Of a stretch of DNA of 64,000 nucleotides, positions 63,470 to 64,000 are shown in pieces. The translations under genes and the position numbers were made by a program. Numbering within the stretch: position 1 is the stretch's first letter; each line of letters starts with the position of its first letter. Source of the stretch: Botryllus schlosseri (Eukaryota); NCBI GenBank assembly GCA_051294905.1, contig CM119372.1, positions 29,390,001-29,454,000 of the forward strand, given 5' to 3'. Under the pieces are notes generated by a model that was given only the letters and a program-made list of their open reading frames with translations, ran no database searches and was not told where the DNA came from.

Positions 63470-64000
63470 GGCTCTTATGTGCGCGGCGGTGATGTGCCTG
63501 AAAACCCATGGTGGCACATCGTACTTTTGGAACCCCCCTCTCGGCGGTGATGTGCCATGTGTTCTTATGGGCGCGGTGATGATGCTACCCTTTCAGGTAT
63601 AGGCTGTGGTGATGATGGGCCGTGACAACTCGTGGTGATGTGTCGCACTTTCAGGTATAGGCTGCGGTGATGATGTGCCTGTGCGGCGATGACGGTACCC
63701 TTTCAGGTATATGCTGTGGCGATGATATGCCCACGGATTCTTGTGTCGTAAGTAGTGTAGTAGATCGGTCGTGACCTGGAAGGGGTTCTTATGGGCCCTC
63801 TCGCACGGTGCCTCGAAACTCGTGTTGGCACGGTGACCCTTTTGACCCCCCTTCCGTTCGCACGGTGCCATTGTGTCTTATGGGCTCTCTCACACGGTAA
63901 CCCTTTTCGGTATAGGGATCGCTCACACGGTGCTTCGAAAACTCGTGTTGGCACATCGTACTTTCAGGTATAGGCATCTCTCACACGGTGCCTCGAAAAC
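63470..64000. repeat. Modular satellite-like repeat running off the window edge
   Basis: Recurrent shuffled modules TTTCAGGTATAGGC, GGTGATGATG, TCTTATGGGC, CTCACACGGTGCCTCGAAA and GGCACATCGTACTTT. Confidence 0.7.

Overview
Repeat-dense invertebrate animal genomic DNA, with GT-AG introns and no prokaryotic operon structure; a tunicate such as a botryllid ascidian is a plausible inference from gene architecture. The host content I can support is a tandem pair of minus-strand genes for a secreted protein with a signal peptide, a C-type lectin domain (QPD/WND) and one Ig domain. Copy A is apparently complete: six phase-compatible exons at 49152-31487, about 258 aa, with a MITE in the last exon supplying the stop. 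Copy B (about 3586-7570) is pseudogenised, with lectin exons 3-4 deleted and a TGG>TGA stop in the Ig exon. The rest is mostly mobile DNA: (1) a near-intact 3.8-kb hAT-superfamily transposon at 11555-15353 with 142-bp TIRs, an 8-bp TSD and one A8 frameshift; (2) a BEL/Pao integrase and LTR fragment, and a SAP-domain Gag fragment; (3) three stacked R4/Dong-like 3' ends inside the (TAA)n tail of an L2-like LINE; (4) a tRNA-derived SINE family and a probable solo LTR; (5) more than 15 hAT/pogo-type MITEs, many nested; (6) a modular satellite-like repeat at the right edge. I found no CRISPR array, rRNA or genuine tRNA gene. All alignments and counts were done by eye.
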